In this document: positions 53,902 through 63,404 of the stretch, piece after piece | Position numbering within the stretch: position 1 is the first letter of the stretch | Layout: each line of letters opens with the position of its first letter | DNA from: Thermoplasmata archaeon | GTDB taxonomy: Archaea; Thermoplasmatota; Thermoplasmata; Lutacidiplasmatales; UBA184 | Direction of reading: 5' to 3' | DNA: 64,000 nt | Assembly (NCBI GenBank): GCA_030038655.1 | Contig: JASHSP010000113.1 | Span: 5,420-69,419, forward strand | Notes under the pieces: model-generated | What the model was told of the DNA's origin: nothing | The model's database searches: none | Seen by the model: the letters and a program-made list of their open reading frames with translations, nothing else | Program-made: the position numbers and the translations under genes

Positions 53902-55836
53902 GTGGCCGCGGGATTCGACTGCCGGGCAGGGGGGGCAGGTGCTGTGCCGGTGGACCCGGGCCCCAAGGACCGATTCACTTCGCTCGACACGCTCGCGGTG
54001 GTCCGCGAGCTCCGCGCCCTGGGCGGCGCCCGCGTCGACAAGGCGTACGACCGGGCCGAAGGAGGTTGGTCTGTCCTCCTGCGGAGCGCCGGCACGGGTC
54101 GCCAGGCGCTCGTGCTCGTTCCGGGACGGTACGCCGCCGTGCTCCCGCACGGCGACACGCACACCGAGGAGCTGTCGCCGATCGTCCGCGAGATCCGCCG
54201 CGTCTTCACGGGCGCGGCGCTCCGGCGCGTCGCCGAACCCGGCGCCGAACGGTACCTCGAACTCACGTTCGGTCGTTCCACCGGTCCGGAGGAACTGACC
54301 CTCGCCCTCGAGCTGTTCGGAACGGGGAACCTGATCCTCGCGCAGGGCGGCCGCGTGCTCGCCGCGTCCCGGCCGCGGCGATGGGCGCACCGGGACGTGC
54401 GCGCGGGGGCCGCCTACGCTCGGCCCCCGGCACGGGCGGACCCGTGGAGGCTGACCCCGAACGAGATCGAGTCCGAGCTCGCCCGCTCGAGAACCGACCT
54501 CGCGAGCACGCTCGCGGCCCGGCTGGCCCTGGGCGGACCGGTCGCGGAAGAGCTGACCGCCCGCGGCGAGTGGCCGGCGACCGAACCCGCGGCCCCGGTC
54601 GCGTCGACGATCGCGCCGCGACTCCACGCGCTCCTTGCGGAGCTGGTCCGCGAGGTAGGCGATCGACCCCGGGGGTATCTCGTCCGCCGAGGCAACGTGA
54701 CTCTCGATGCCACTCCGTACCGATCCCGGCGATGGCGAGAGGCGGCGGACGTGGAGACGGTCGAGCGACCCACGTTCTCGGAGGCGGCGGCCGAATACTT
54801 CCGGACCGTGGTCCCGGCGGTCCGGACACCCGCCGAGACCGCGGCGACCGAGGAGCGCCGCCAGCTGGAACGCCTCGTCGAGCGGCAGCGCGCGGCGGTC
54901 GAGGAGCTCGAGTCGGCCGTCCGAGCCCGGCGCGCCGACGCCGAGGCGGTCCTCTCCGACTACGCGACGGTCGGGGCCGCCCTGGCCGCGGCGACGGCAA
55001 AGGACCCCCGCGCCCGGATCGCCACGGTCGAGCTCGGGGGCCGCCCCGTCACCCTCGCGATCGAGTCCACCCCGCGGAGGAGCGCGCAGCTCCTGTTCGA
55101 GGAATCGAAGCGCCTCGCCGAGAAGCGCGACGGGGCGATCGCCGCGTTGCGCGAGACCGAGGGTCGGCTCGCCCGACCGCCCGGTCCGCCCGCGGGCGAG
55201 CGCCCACCGGCGGCGAAGGTCGCGGAGAAACGGCGGTGGTTCGAGCGGCACCGTTGGTTCGTCAGCTCGGAGGGGGCGATCGTGATCGCCGGGCGGGACG
55301 CCCCGTCGAACGACGCCCTCGTCCGCCGGAACCTCAAGGACGGGGACTTCTACGTCCACGCGGACCTTCCCGGCGCCGCGAGCGTCATCGTGAAGCGGCC
55401 GACCCCGCCGGCTGCCGCGACGGAGGTCACGCTGCGCGAAGCGGCCCAGTGGGCCGTCGCGTTCTCGAAAGCGTGGCGGGCGGGCCTCGCGTCGGCGTCG
55501 GCGTTCTGGGCGACGCCGGACCAGGTCTCGAAGTCGGCCGTTTCCGGGGAGTTCGTCGCCCGCGGGGCGTTCGTCATCCGGGGGACGAAGCACTTCGTCC
55601 GAGACGTGTCGCTCGAGCTCGCCCTCGGAACGATCCGCTACGAGAGCGAAGAGCGGTGGGTCGCGGCCCCGCCCGCGGCGGTCGCGGCCCGCGGGACGGT
55701 GGCGGTCCTTCTCACCCCCGGCGAGGAGCGCGAACGCGCTGCGACGGAGGTCGAGCTCGCCCGAGACCTGGGCCTCTCGCGGTCGCTTCTCCAGTCCCTG
55801 CTGCCCGCGGGCGGGCTCAGCGTCCGCCGGCCGTAG
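53902..55836 (+). CDS. NFACT-family protein, archaeal Rqc2/NEMF (FbpA-like) homologue
   Basis: 644 aa with an N-terminal NFACT-N domain and a central coiled coil. The C-terminal DUF814/NFACT-R is present (FVSSEGAIVIAGRDAPSNDALVRRNLKDGDFYVHADLPGAASVIVK). Confidence 0.7.
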   Translation: MAAGFDCRAGGAGAVPVDPGPKDRFTSLDTLAVVRELRALGGARVDKAYDRAEGGWSVLLRSAGTGRQALVLVPGRYAAVLPHGDTHTEELSPIVREIRRVFTGAALRRVAEPGAERYLELTFGRSTGPEELTLALELFGTGNLILAQGGRVLAASRPRRWAHRDVRAGAAYARPPARADPWRLTPNEIESELARSRTDLASTLAARLALGGPVAEELTARGEWPATEPAAPVASTIAPRLHALLAELVREVGDRPRGYLVRRGNVTLDATPYRSRRWREAADVETVERPTFSEAAAEYFRTVVPAVRTPAETAATEERRQLERLVERQRAAVEELESAVRARRADAEAVLSDYATVGAALAAATAKDPRARIATVELGGRPVTLAIESTPRRSAQLLFEESKRLAEKRDGAIAALRETEGRLARPPGPPAGERPPAAKVAEKRRWFERHRWFVSSEGAIVIAGRDAPSNDALVRRNLKDGDFYVHADLPGAASVIVKRPTPPAAATEVTLREAAQWAVAFSKAWRAGLASASAFWATPDQVSKSAVSGEFVARGAFVIRGTKHFVRDVSLELALGTIRYESEERWVAAPPAAVAARGTVAVLLTPGEERERAATEVELARDLGLSRSLLQSLLPAGGLSVRRP

Positions 55837-56471
55837 ACGCGCTGCACCTCCGCCGCCTCGAACGCGTCGCCCTCCCGTCGCCACGTCCGCCCCCGCGCCC
55901 GGAGCCCGACGATCGCGACCCGGTCGTCCCCGACGTCCAGGGTTGCGCCGACCGCGAGCCGAGCCGACGGCGGCACGCGTACCGTGCGACTGACCGTTCG
56001 GGCTCCTTGGACGATCGAGACGGGTACCGCCGCCTCGTCCCCCCGGACCGCCCAGACCGTCGCGACCTCGCCGGCGCGAGCGGTTCCGACGGCCCGGCCG
56101 TCGCGCGCGTCGATCTTGGTCACGCGCAGGCTCTCCGAGACGTCGGGGATCGCCGACCCGACCTCGAGCACGCTCGTCGGCGGGAGCTCGATCCGACGGC
56201 GTTCCGACCGGTCCCGTTCCGAGACGATCAGAGCGACCGCGACCGGGGGAACCCGCTCCGACGTGAACGGATGGGTCCAGCGGCAAACCCGGCACCGCGC
56301 GATGCCGGCGACTCGCGCCCGCGTCGCCCCCACCGACGGCGTGACGCGCAGGAGGCGGTGCGGGGTGCTCTCCCCGCAGTTCTCGCAGTAGAGCACGCCG
56401 AACCCGAGAACGCTCCGGGCGGAGGACGGCCGCTCGCCGGCCGGTTCGGACGGCGTCTCGTCCCGCTCCAT
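55638..56471 (-). CDS. Hypothetical zinc-ribbon protein (CENCG..CRVCRW); C-terminal extent doubtful
   Basis: The ATG at 56469-56471 gives MERDETPSE..VLGFGVLYCENCGESTPHRLLRV..ARCRVCRWTHPF. The 452-aa track ORF upstream overlaps tRNA-Pro and is rejected. The last ~70 aa are low-complexity and overlap the convergent NFACT gene by ~200 nt, so the real stop is probably earlier, possibly via a frameshift. Confidence 0.3.
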   Translation of the reverse strand: MERDETPSEPAGERPSSARSVLGFGVLYCENCGESTPHRLLRVTPSVGATRARVAGIARCRVCRWTHPFTSERVPPVAVALIVSERDRSERRRIELPPTSVLEVGSAIPDVSESLRVTKIDARDGRAVGTARAGEVATVWAVRGDEAAVPVSIVQGARTVSRTVRVPPSARLAVGATLDVGDDRVAIVGLRARGRTWRREGDAFEAAEVQRVYGRRTLSPPAGSRDWRSDRERPRSRASSTSVAARSRSSPGVRRTATVPRAATAAGGAATHRSSLS

Positions 56472-56528
56472 CAGGTCCCGGCCCTCGGTCGAGGCCCGGC
56501 CCCGACTCGGTCGACCCGTCCGCCGATG

Positions 56529-56635
56529 GGGCTGCCTGAATTTGAATCGGGGTCCCGGGCTCCCAAAGCCCGAAGGATGGACCAGTAGAGCGGACCGAGG
56601 TGCGCCCTCGCGCCCGTAGCTACCCCACAGCCCCG
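56529..56635 (-). tRNA. tRNA-Pro (anticodon UGG) with a ~34-nt non-canonical intron in the D-loop
   Basis: Reverse strand: GGGGCTG-TG-GGGT-AGC[TACGGGCGCGAGGGCGCACCTCGGTCCGCTCTAC]TGGTCC-ATCC-TT-CGGGC-TTTGGGA-GCCCG-GGAC-CCCGA-TTCAAAT-TCAGG-CAGCCCC-A. The 7-bp acceptor stem and 5-bp anticodon stem (U33, G37) are perfect. The T-loop TTCAAAT sits on a stem with one C-A mismatch. The 5' exon and intron start are identical to tRNA-Arg for 17 nt. Confidence 0.55.
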
Positions 56636-56644
56636 CATCGGGAC

Positions 56645-57073
56645 CTAGATCGCGTCGACCCGCTTCAACGTTCGGCCGATCTTGCACTCCGCCGGCTCCG
56701 GGTCGACCCGCTCGATGCGGAACCGCTGTTTCGCTGGCACCTCGGGCCCGGCGCAGATCCACCAGTTCGAGCAGTCGAGGCGACGGCACGGGTACCGGCC
56801 GACCTCGACCTGGCTTCCCACGATCCCGCTGCGCGAGTCGACGACCAGCGGCCGCGGCACCGGCCTCACTTCGACCACGTGCGCGTCCGTCTCCTGGAGG
56901 GCGCACGGGTGCGTCACCGTCCGGACCTTCGTCACGGCGTACCGGCGCCCCGCGTCGAGCGTCAGGCACGCGTGTCGGTACGGGCAGGTCCGGCACACGG
57001 GGGCTCCGCCCTGGTACACGAATTCGAACCCCTCGCGCGCCTCGGCGACGCCGAGCAGCGTAATCTCCGGCAT
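56645..57073 (-). CDS. UPF0179-family protein
   Basis: 142 aa: MPEITLLGVAEAREGFEFVYQGGAPVCRTCPYRHACLTLDAGRRYAVTKV..HPCALQETDAHVVEV.., with the conserved Cys pattern and N-terminal ITLxG..A..GxEF of the archaeal UPF0179 family. Confidence 0.55.
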   Translation of the reverse strand: MPEITLLGVAEAREGFEFVYQGGAPVCRTCPYRHACLTLDAGRRYAVTKVRTVTHPCALQETDAHVVEVRPVPRPLVVDSRSGIVGSQVEVGRYPCRRLDCSNWWICAGPEVPAKQRFRIERVDPEPAECKIGRTLKRVDAI

Positions 57074-57074
57074 C

Positions 57075-58184
57075 TCAGTCGATCACCCCGGTCACGGTCG
57101 CGAGACGCTCGGCCGCGTCCCGGGGGAGCCCGCTGTCGCCCAGGATCGTGTACCGGTCGGGGCGGACGGAGTGCGCCATCACGAGCGCCCGCACGACCTC
57201 CTCCTTCGTCACGCCCAGCTCCCGCGCGGTCGTGGGGGCGCCGATCGTCAGGAGCGCGTTCTTGAGCCGCTTCCAGTCGCCTCCGTGAAGGTACATCATC
57301 ATCACGGCGCCGACGCCGCACTGCTCGCCGTGGAGGCTGGGGTGCTCCGCGGTCCGGTCGAGCGCATGGCTGAACAGGTGCTCGGAGCCCGAGCAGGGGC
57401 GGGACGATCCGGCGACGCTCATGGCGATCCCCGCCACGAGGATCGGCCGGATCGCGATCCATACCGATTCCTCGAGGTTCGGCTTGATCGCCCCGGCGTG
57501 GTCGATCACTTCCTGGGCAGCGTACTCGCTCAGGGTCGCGGCGGTACTCGAGTACTCCTCGCTCCGGAGCCGGACCGCGAGCCGCCAGTCGAGCACCGCG
57601 GTGACGTTGGAGATCACGTCCGCGCAGCCCGACGCAAGGAGCCGGAACGGTGCCTGGACGAGCACCGCGGTGTCGGCGATCACCCCGATCGGGACCGCCG
57701 CGGTCAGGCTGGTCACGCTCTCCGCGTCGTGCAGCGAGGCCCGGGGCGAGGAGATGCCGTCGTGCGCGGCCGACGTCGGCAGGCTGATGAACGGGATCCG
57801 GAGGCGTGCGGCGACGACCTTGGTGATGTCGATCTTGCTTCCGCCCCCGGCCCCGATCAGGAAGCGGGCGTCGGTCGACCGGACCTCGGCGGCGACGCGA
57901 TCGACCTCCGCGACCGTCGCTTCGCGCGCGATGATGGTGGCGACGGAGAACCCGTCGGCCGCGAGGATCTCGCTCGCGCGGTTGCCGGCGAGGAGCGCGG
58001 TCCGCGGACCGGTGACGACGGCGCCACGGGACGGGAAGTCGAACTGCCGGCAGGTCGCCGCGAGATCCTCGATCACGCCGTGTCCGACCAGCACGGTGCG
58101 CGGGAACACCATCCCCTTGGCCTTCCCGAACGGCGAATCGGCCGTACCTCGGGGGACTCGCCCCTCGGCCACGCTCTCCGCCAT
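57075..58184 (-). CDS. egsA: NAD(P)-dependent glycerol-1-phosphate dehydrogenase (archaeal lipid backbone synthesis)
   Basis: Has the G1PDH fold of the dehydroquinate-synthase/iron-ADH superfamily. Motifs GAGGGSKIDITKVVAARL and ..SGSEHLFSHALD..HGEQCG.. are present. The likely start is the Met at 58110-58112 (MVFPRTVLVGHGVIEDL), 24 codons inside the track ORF. Confidence 0.75.
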   Translation of the reverse strand: MAESVAEGRVPRGTADSPFGKAKGMVFPRTVLVGHGVIEDLAATCRQFDFPSRGAVVTGPRTALLAGNRASEILAADGFSVATIIAREATVAEVDRVAAEVRSTDARFLIGAGGGSKIDITKVVAARLRIPFISLPTSAAHDGISSPRASLHDAESVTSLTAAVPIGVIADTAVLVQAPFRLLASGCADVISNVTAVLDWRLAVRLRSEEYSSTAATLSEYAAQEVIDHAGAIKPNLEESVWIAIRPILVAGIAMSVAGSSRPCSGSEHLFSHALDRTAEHPSLHGEQCGVGAVMMMYLHGGDWKRLKNALLTIGAPTTARELGVTKEEVVRALVMAHSVRPDRYTILGDSGLPRDAAERLATVTGVID

Positions 58185-58336
58185 GGCTCAAGATGGCGAA
58201 CGAGGGGAGCGGCCTCATTACTCTATCTGCACGCCGAGGGAACGAGCGAGAGCGCGCGCGCTGCCCGGGTTCGTCGGCAGCCGCGGAATTCCCGCCGGTC
58301 TCCCGCACGGGCGCGGGGTCCGGCCACGGGGGCCGG

Positions 58337-58978
58337 TCAGCGACCCGGCACGTCGCCCCAGAGGACCTTGTGCTCCTGAAGCATGACGCGCACGTCCAGA
58401 CGGTCCCGAATGACCCACTCCGCGAGGCGACCCCCGTCGGTGCCCCACACGGGTTGGAAGACGACCGCGGCTCGCCCGCGGTACGTCCGGAGGACCCGCT
58501 TGGCGTACACGTAGTCGCGGCGGTCCGCGATGACGAACTTGACCACGTCCCGGGCGCGCAGCCGCGGCAGGTTCGCCCAGCGGTTACGAGTCTCCATGGC
58601 GGAGGAGGGGCACTTCACGTCCACGCTGAGGACGACGCGGGGCACGCCGAGGAACGGGGTCACGTCGAGCGAGCCCCCGGTCTCGACGACCGTGGTCAAG
58701 CCCCGGCTCGACAGGCGGCGGACGAGCGAGAGGGACTCCTTCTGGAGCAGCGGCTCGCCGCCCGTCAGGCAGACATACTTCGTGCCATGCCGGGCGACCT
58801 CGGCGAGCAGCGAGGGGATCGACCGCTCCCGTCCGGGGCCGAACGAGTAGGCGGTGTCGCACCACGAACAGCGAAGGTTGCATCGGGCCGTTCGAACGAA
58901 CGATGTACGGACCCCGGTGTACGGTCCCTCCCCCTGGACGGAGTGGAACACCTCGATGATCCGCACGGTCCCGTCCAC
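58337..58978 (-). CDS. queE: 7-carboxy-7-deazaguanine synthase QueE (radical SAM)
   Basis: GTG start. Radical-SAM cluster motif CNLRCSWCDT is present, with EVFHSVQGEG and the QueE-specific C-terminus. Confidence 0.8.
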   Translation of the reverse strand: MDGTVRIIEVFHSVQGEGPYTGVRTSFVRTARCNLRCSWCDTAYSFGPGRERSIPSLLAEVARHGTKYVCLTGGEPLLQKESLSLVRRLSSRGLTTVVETGGSLDVTPFLGVPRVVLSVDVKCPSSAMETRNRWANLPRLRARDVVKFVIADRRDYVYAKRVLRTYRGRAAVVFQPVWGTDGGRLAEWVIRDRLDVRVMLQEHKVLWGDVPGR

Positions 58979-59055
58979 CGGGTCGGCGGGCTATAGGGAC
59001 TTCGAGCCCTCGCCGCCCGCGCTGCCGCGATCCGGCCGCCGACCCCCCGGGGCCC

Positions 59056-60345
59056 TCAGGCGGGCCCCCTGGACGGGGGCGGGGGAGCGGCATGCCGGCC
59101 CCAGCCTCGCACGTCCCGGCGGGCGAGGACCGACAGACCCGCGACCAGCATCCCACCGCCCGCGACGAGGAACGCCGGGCCCACGCCGTAGGCGACGATC
59201 AGGGTTGCCCCGGCCACGAGGCCGACCGGGATCATCGCGTACGATAGCGCGCTGTCGGTGGCGAAGAACCGCCCCAGGAACTCCTTGGGCACGGTCCGCT
59301 GGACGGCGGCGTACAGGGTCACGTTGACGATCGACGCGAGGAATCCCTGGACTGCCAGGGCCCCGAGGGCGACCGAGACCTCCGGCACGAGGATCAGAAC
59401 GATCAGGGGCGCCCCGCTAAGCCCCCAGAGAAGAGGGATCCACAATCCGGGGGCGCGGTCCGATTTCAGACGATGCGTGAGAAGGGCTCCGAGAGCGGTG
59501 CCGACGGCCGCGGCGCCCAGAAGAAAGCCGAACACCGCAGATCCCGCGTGGAGCGCGTCGCGAGTGTACAGGACGATGTAGATGTTGTAGTACGAGAAGA
59601 AGTTCAGGACCGTTCCGACCAGCACGAGCGCCAGCAGCGCGGGTTGGGACCGGAGGAAACCGAGCCCGGCGCGAACGTCGGCCCACGTCGAGCGGTCCGA
59701 CGGCTCGCCGCCCCCGGCGGTCGCACGTCGCCCGAGCGGAAGCGCGATGATCGAGATCGCCGCCGCCGACAACGCGTAGAACAGCGAGTCCGTGAGGAAC
59801 CCGACCCCGGCGCCGAACAGGAGGACCAGCACCCCGCCCGCCGGCGTGCTCAGGAATCCCGCGACCGTGCCCGCGGACTGCAGAAGCCCGTTCGCCGGCG
59901 TGAGCAGGTCCTTATCGACCAGGTCGGGCAGCACGGCGCTGGCGGCCGGTCCGAAGGCCGACCCGAGCGCCGAGATCGCGAGCGCCGCGCCCAGCACCGC
60001 CACGGGGTCGAACCCGACCCGAATCAGGTAGACGGCGAGGCCGACGAAGGCGACCGCCCGACCCGCTTGCGTCGCGAGCATCAGTCGACGACGGTCGTGT
60101 CGGTCGGCCCACGCACCGGCCAGAAGACCGACGGTGTACGACGGGACAAACTCGACGATTCCCAGGATCGCCAGCAGCACGGCCGCTTCCCGGGTCGACG
60201 ACGACGCGGAGATGATCCAGTCGAACAGCAAGCTGCCCAGGTAGACCCCCGCCGTCGACGCGGTCGACCCGATCCAGAGAAATCGGAAGTTCCGGTGGCG
60301 CAGCAGGGGACGGAGGCCGCGCGAGGATCCCTCGCTTGCGTTCAA
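59056..60345 (-). CDS. MFS transporter
   Basis: 429 aa with 12 predicted TM helices and the MFS loop motif between TM2 and TM3. Confidence 0.75.
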   Translation of the reverse strand: MNASEGSSRGLRPLLRHRNFRFLWIGSTASTAGVYLGSLLFDWIISASSSTREAAVLLAILGIVEFVPSYTVGLLAGAWADRHDRRRLMLATQAGRAVAFVGLAVYLIRVGFDPVAVLGAALAISALGSAFGPAASAVLPDLVDKDLLTPANGLLQSAGTVAGFLSTPAGGVLVLLFGAGVGFLTDSLFYALSAAAISIIALPLGRRATAGGGEPSDRSTWADVRAGLGFLRSQPALLALVLVGTVLNFFSYYNIYIVLYTRDALHAGSAVFGFLLGAAAVGTALGALLTHRLKSDRAPGLWIPLLWGLSGAPLIVLILVPEVSVALGALAVQGFLASIVNVTLYAAVQRTVPKEFLGRFFATDSALSYAMIPVGLVAGATLIVAYGVGPAFLVAGGGMLVAGLSVLARRDVRGWGRHAAPPPPSRGPA

Positions 60346-60461
60346 CGAGTTCCCCCGGGGGCTCCTGTGCTTTAGGATTGTCGAGCGCGCCGCCCGGCGT
60401 CGACCGCGGTCCGCACCGCCGCGGTACCGCTCAAATAGAACGCCCTCCTCGAAGGCTCCCG

Positions 60462-63404
60462 ATGGACCGTGCGCGCGAGTCCCGCTGGCAGCAGGTCTGG
60501 TCCGCGGCGGCGATCGCGACGGCCCAACGCCGACCCGGTCGAGGCAAGTTCTACGCGCTGATCGCGTACCCGGGCACCAGCGGCTTCCTTCACCTGGGAC
60601 ACCTGCGCGGATTCGCGTACGCCGACGCCCTCCACCGGTACCACCGGATGCTGGGCGAGCAGGTTCTCTTCCCGTTCGGGGTTCATGCTTCGGGGCTCCC
60701 GGCGGTTGCGTGGGCCCAGAAGGTGAAGGACCGGGACCCTCTCACGATCCAGAGCCTCCGGGACGCGGGGGTCGCCGAGGGCGAGTGGGTTCGCCTCGAG
60801 TCGCCCGAGGAGGCGGCCCGGTTCCTGGGCGCGAGCTACCCCCCTCTCCTGCGATCGATCGGGGTCCTCGTCGACCCGACCACCTACCTCACCACCATCG
60901 ACGAGGACTACTCGGCGTTCGTTCGGTGGCAGTTCCGGACCCTGCGCCGGCACGGCGCGCTCGTACAGGGCACGCACTACGCCTCGGTGTGTCCCGTGTG
61001 CGGCCCGGTCGCCGTCGACCCGGCGGAGACGGACCTCGCCGCCGGCGGGGACGCGGAGGTCGTCACGTTCACGACCGTTCCGTTCGAGCTGGACGACGGC
61101 CGGACGCTCCTCGCGGCCACCCTCCGTCCGGAGACCGTGTACGGCGTGACGAACGTCTGGGTCGGCGGGGGAACCTCGCTGGTCGTCTGGCACCACGGCG
61201 GCCGCACCTTCCTGGTCGGACCGAGGGCCGCGGAGCGCCTCGTGGAGCAGCACGGCGGCCGCCTCGGTCACACCGTGGCCGCGGCGGAGGTCGTGGGGCA
61301 CGAGGCGACGGTGCCGCTCGGCGGCGGCCGGGTCCCGGTGCTCGAGAGCCCCCTCGTCGACCCGGAGGTCGGCACGGGGGTCGTGATGAGCGTCCCGGCG
61401 CACGCGCCCGCGGATGCCGCCGCGCTCGCCGAGCTCCCGGCGGCCTCGCGGGCGCGGGTCGGACCGGCCAAGGTCCTGCTCGAGATACCGGAGCAGTCCA
61501 GCCTCGCGCTCTCCGAAGCGGAGCTCGTCGTCGGCCACGGGACTCCCGCGGAGAAGGCGCTCCGGGCCGTGGGGGCGAAGGGGTTGGGCGACCGGCCGCG
61601 GGTGGACGCCGCGACCGAGCGACTCTACCGGCTCGAGTACGTCCGCGGCCGGATGACGGTGCCGGAGCTCGCGGGGGTCCTGGTCCGGGACGCGCGCGAG
61701 CGGGTCGCGGCGACGCTGGTGGGCGCGGGCGCGAGCTTCCCCTTGCGCGAGTTCTCGAAGCCCGTGATCTGCCGCAACGGGCATTCGGTGGTCATCCGGC
61801 GGGTTCCCGACCAGTGGTTCCTCCACTACGGAGACGCGACCTGGAAGTCGAAGACCCGCGACGCGGTCGACCGGCTGGCGACGTGGCCCGCGGAGTATGC
61901 GCGGGAACTGCCCTCCATCCTGGACTGGTTCGACGACCGGCCGTGCACGCGCCACGGTCGCTGGCTGGGGACTCCGTTCCCTCTCGACCCGGCCTGGACG
62001 ATCGAACCGATCGCCGATTCCACGTTCTACATGGCCTACTTCGTCGTGCGGCGGTTCGTCACGAGCGGCCGGCTCACGCCGGTACAGCTAACGGACGCGT
62101 TCTTCGACTTCGTGTTCCTGGGGCTGGGACCCGGCGAGCCGAGCGTGGACCGGTCGGTCCTCGAGGAGGTCCGCGCGGAGTTCCTGTACTGGTACCCGCT
62201 CGACATGAACATGGGCGGCAAGGAGCACAAGCGGGTCCACTTCCCGGTCTTCCTCTACGCGCACGCCCTCCTCCTGCCGGCCGAGCTGCAACCGCGGGGC
62301 GTCTTCGTGCACGGCTGGGTCACCGGCGCGTCCGGCGACAAGCTCTCGAAGAAGGAGATCGCCTCGAAGGGGGGCCGCATCCCGTCGGTGGGTGGCGCGC
62401 TCGACGAGTGGGGCGCGGACGCGCTTCGGCTGTACTACTACACCGCCTCCACGGTGTCGCAGGATGTCGAGTGGGACTCCGACCGGGTGCGCGCGGCCGC
62501 CGACCGGCTCGCGGAGGTCGAACGCCTCGTGCGCGGGGCGTGGGGGGACGGCGAAGGCCCCCCGGAGCTCGACCGGTGGCTCGACTCGGCCGTCCGCCGC
62601 ACGATCGAGCGCGTGCGCTCGGGATACGCGGCCGCGGACCTCCGCGCGGTCGCCCAGGCCGCGTGCGTCGAGGTCCCGGGGCTCCTCAAGCGGTACTATG
62701 CGCGCGGCGGGGGCGCCGGCCGGGCGACGAACCGGCTGGCGCTCGCCTGGGTGCGGATGCTCGCCCCGATCGCGCCGCATCTCGCCGAGGAGCTGGGCGA
62801 GGGCAAATTCCCGGGGCTGGTCGCCGTGGCGGAGTTCCCGACGGCCGACGAGTTCCCTTCCTCGCCCGAGGCCGAGGCCCGGGAGGAGTTCCTCGATCGG
62901 GTCGAGGAGGACCTGCGAGCCGTCCTGGCGCCGTCCGCGGACCGGGGGGAGACCCCCCCCGACGCGGTCGTCTTCTTCGTGGCCGCTCCCTGGAAGGCGA
63001 CGGTCGAGGGCTGGATGCGGGAGTCGGTGGACCGCGGCGAGGTCCCGTCCGTCCGAACGGTGATGGCGCGCGTTGCCCAGCATCCGGAGCTGGCGGCCAG
63101 CCGCTCGGAGGTGCCGAAGTACGTCGAACGGTTCGGGTCTCTCCTCCGGTCCGAACCGCCGGCCGCGCCGGTCGACGAGTTCGCGACGATCCGCTCCGCG
63201 GAAGGATACCTCGTCCGGCGGTTCGGGTTCCGTTCCATCGCGGTCCACCCCGAGGGCGAATCCGCCCCGCACGACCCGATGGGACGACGCGAGCGCGCCC
63301 GCCCGGGGCGACCCGCGTTCTACTTCGCCCGCGCCGGCGAGCGGGCGGCTCCACCGGAGGATCGACCCCGCGCGGGCGCCGGGTCCGACCGCACCCGGGC
63401 GTAA
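60462..63404 (+). CDS. leuS: Leucine--tRNA ligase, archaeal/eukaryal type
   Basis: The ATG at 60462 (MDRARESRWQQVW) is used; the ORF track's TTG at 60336 is rejected. HIGH motif FLHLGHLRGF, the CP1 editing domain and KMSKS-like GDKLSKKEIASKGG are present. About 980 aa. Confidence 0.85.
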   Translation: MDRARESRWQQVWSAAAIATAQRRPGRGKFYALIAYPGTSGFLHLGHLRGFAYADALHRYHRMLGEQVLFPFGVHASGLPAVAWAQKVKDRDPLTIQSLRDAGVAEGEWVRLESPEEAARFLGASYPPLLRSIGVLVDPTTYLTTIDEDYSAFVRWQFRTLRRHGALVQGTHYASVCPVCGPVAVDPAETDLAAGGDAEVVTFTTVPFELDDGRTLLAATLRPETVYGVTNVWVGGGTSLVVWHHGGRTFLVGPRAAERLVEQHGGRLGHTVAAAEVVGHEATVPLGGGRVPVLESPLVDPEVGTGVVMSVPAHAPADAAALAELPAASRARVGPAKVLLEIPEQSSLALSEAELVVGHGTPAEKALRAVGAKGLGDRPRVDAATERLYRLEYVRGRMTVPELAGVLVRDARERVAATLVGAGASFPLREFSKPVICRNGHSVVIRRVPDQWFLHYGDATWKSKTRDAVDRLATWPAEYARELPSILDWFDDRPCTRHGRWLGTPFPLDPAWTIEPIADSTFYMAYFVVRRFVTSGRLTPVQLTDAFFDFVFLGLGPGEPSVDRSVLEEVRAEFLYWYPLDMNMGGKEHKRVHFPVFLYAHALLLPAELQPRGVFVHGWVTGASGDKLSKKEIASKGGRIPSVGGALDEWGADALRLYYYTASTVSQDVEWDSDRVRAAADRLAEVERLVRGAWGDGEGPPELDRWLDSAVRRTIERVRSGYAAADLRAVAQAACVEVPGLLKRYYARGGGAGRATNRLALAWVRMLAPIAPHLAEELGEGKFPGLVAVAEFPTADEFPSSPEAEAREEFLDRVEEDLRAVLAPSADRGETPPDAVVFFVAAPWKATVEGWMRESVDRGEVPSVRTVMARVAQHPELAASRSEVPKYVERFGSLLRSEPPAAPVDEFATIRSAEGYLVRRFGFRSIAVHPEGESAPHDPMGRRERARPGRPAFYFARAGERAAPPEDRPRAGAGSDRTRA

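Noticed and set aside
52363-56588. Two >1300-aa ORFs (52363-56295 minus, 52581-56588 plus)
   Set aside because: They are Arg/Gly/Pro-rich artefacts running across the acyl-CoA dehydrogenase, NFACT and tRNA-Pro genes.
56607-56630. 17-nt block identical to part of tRNA-Arg, initially read as a dispersed repeat or tRNA fragment
   Set aside because: It is explained by a second complete intron-containing tRNA (Pro-UGG) sharing the same D-arm and intron start.
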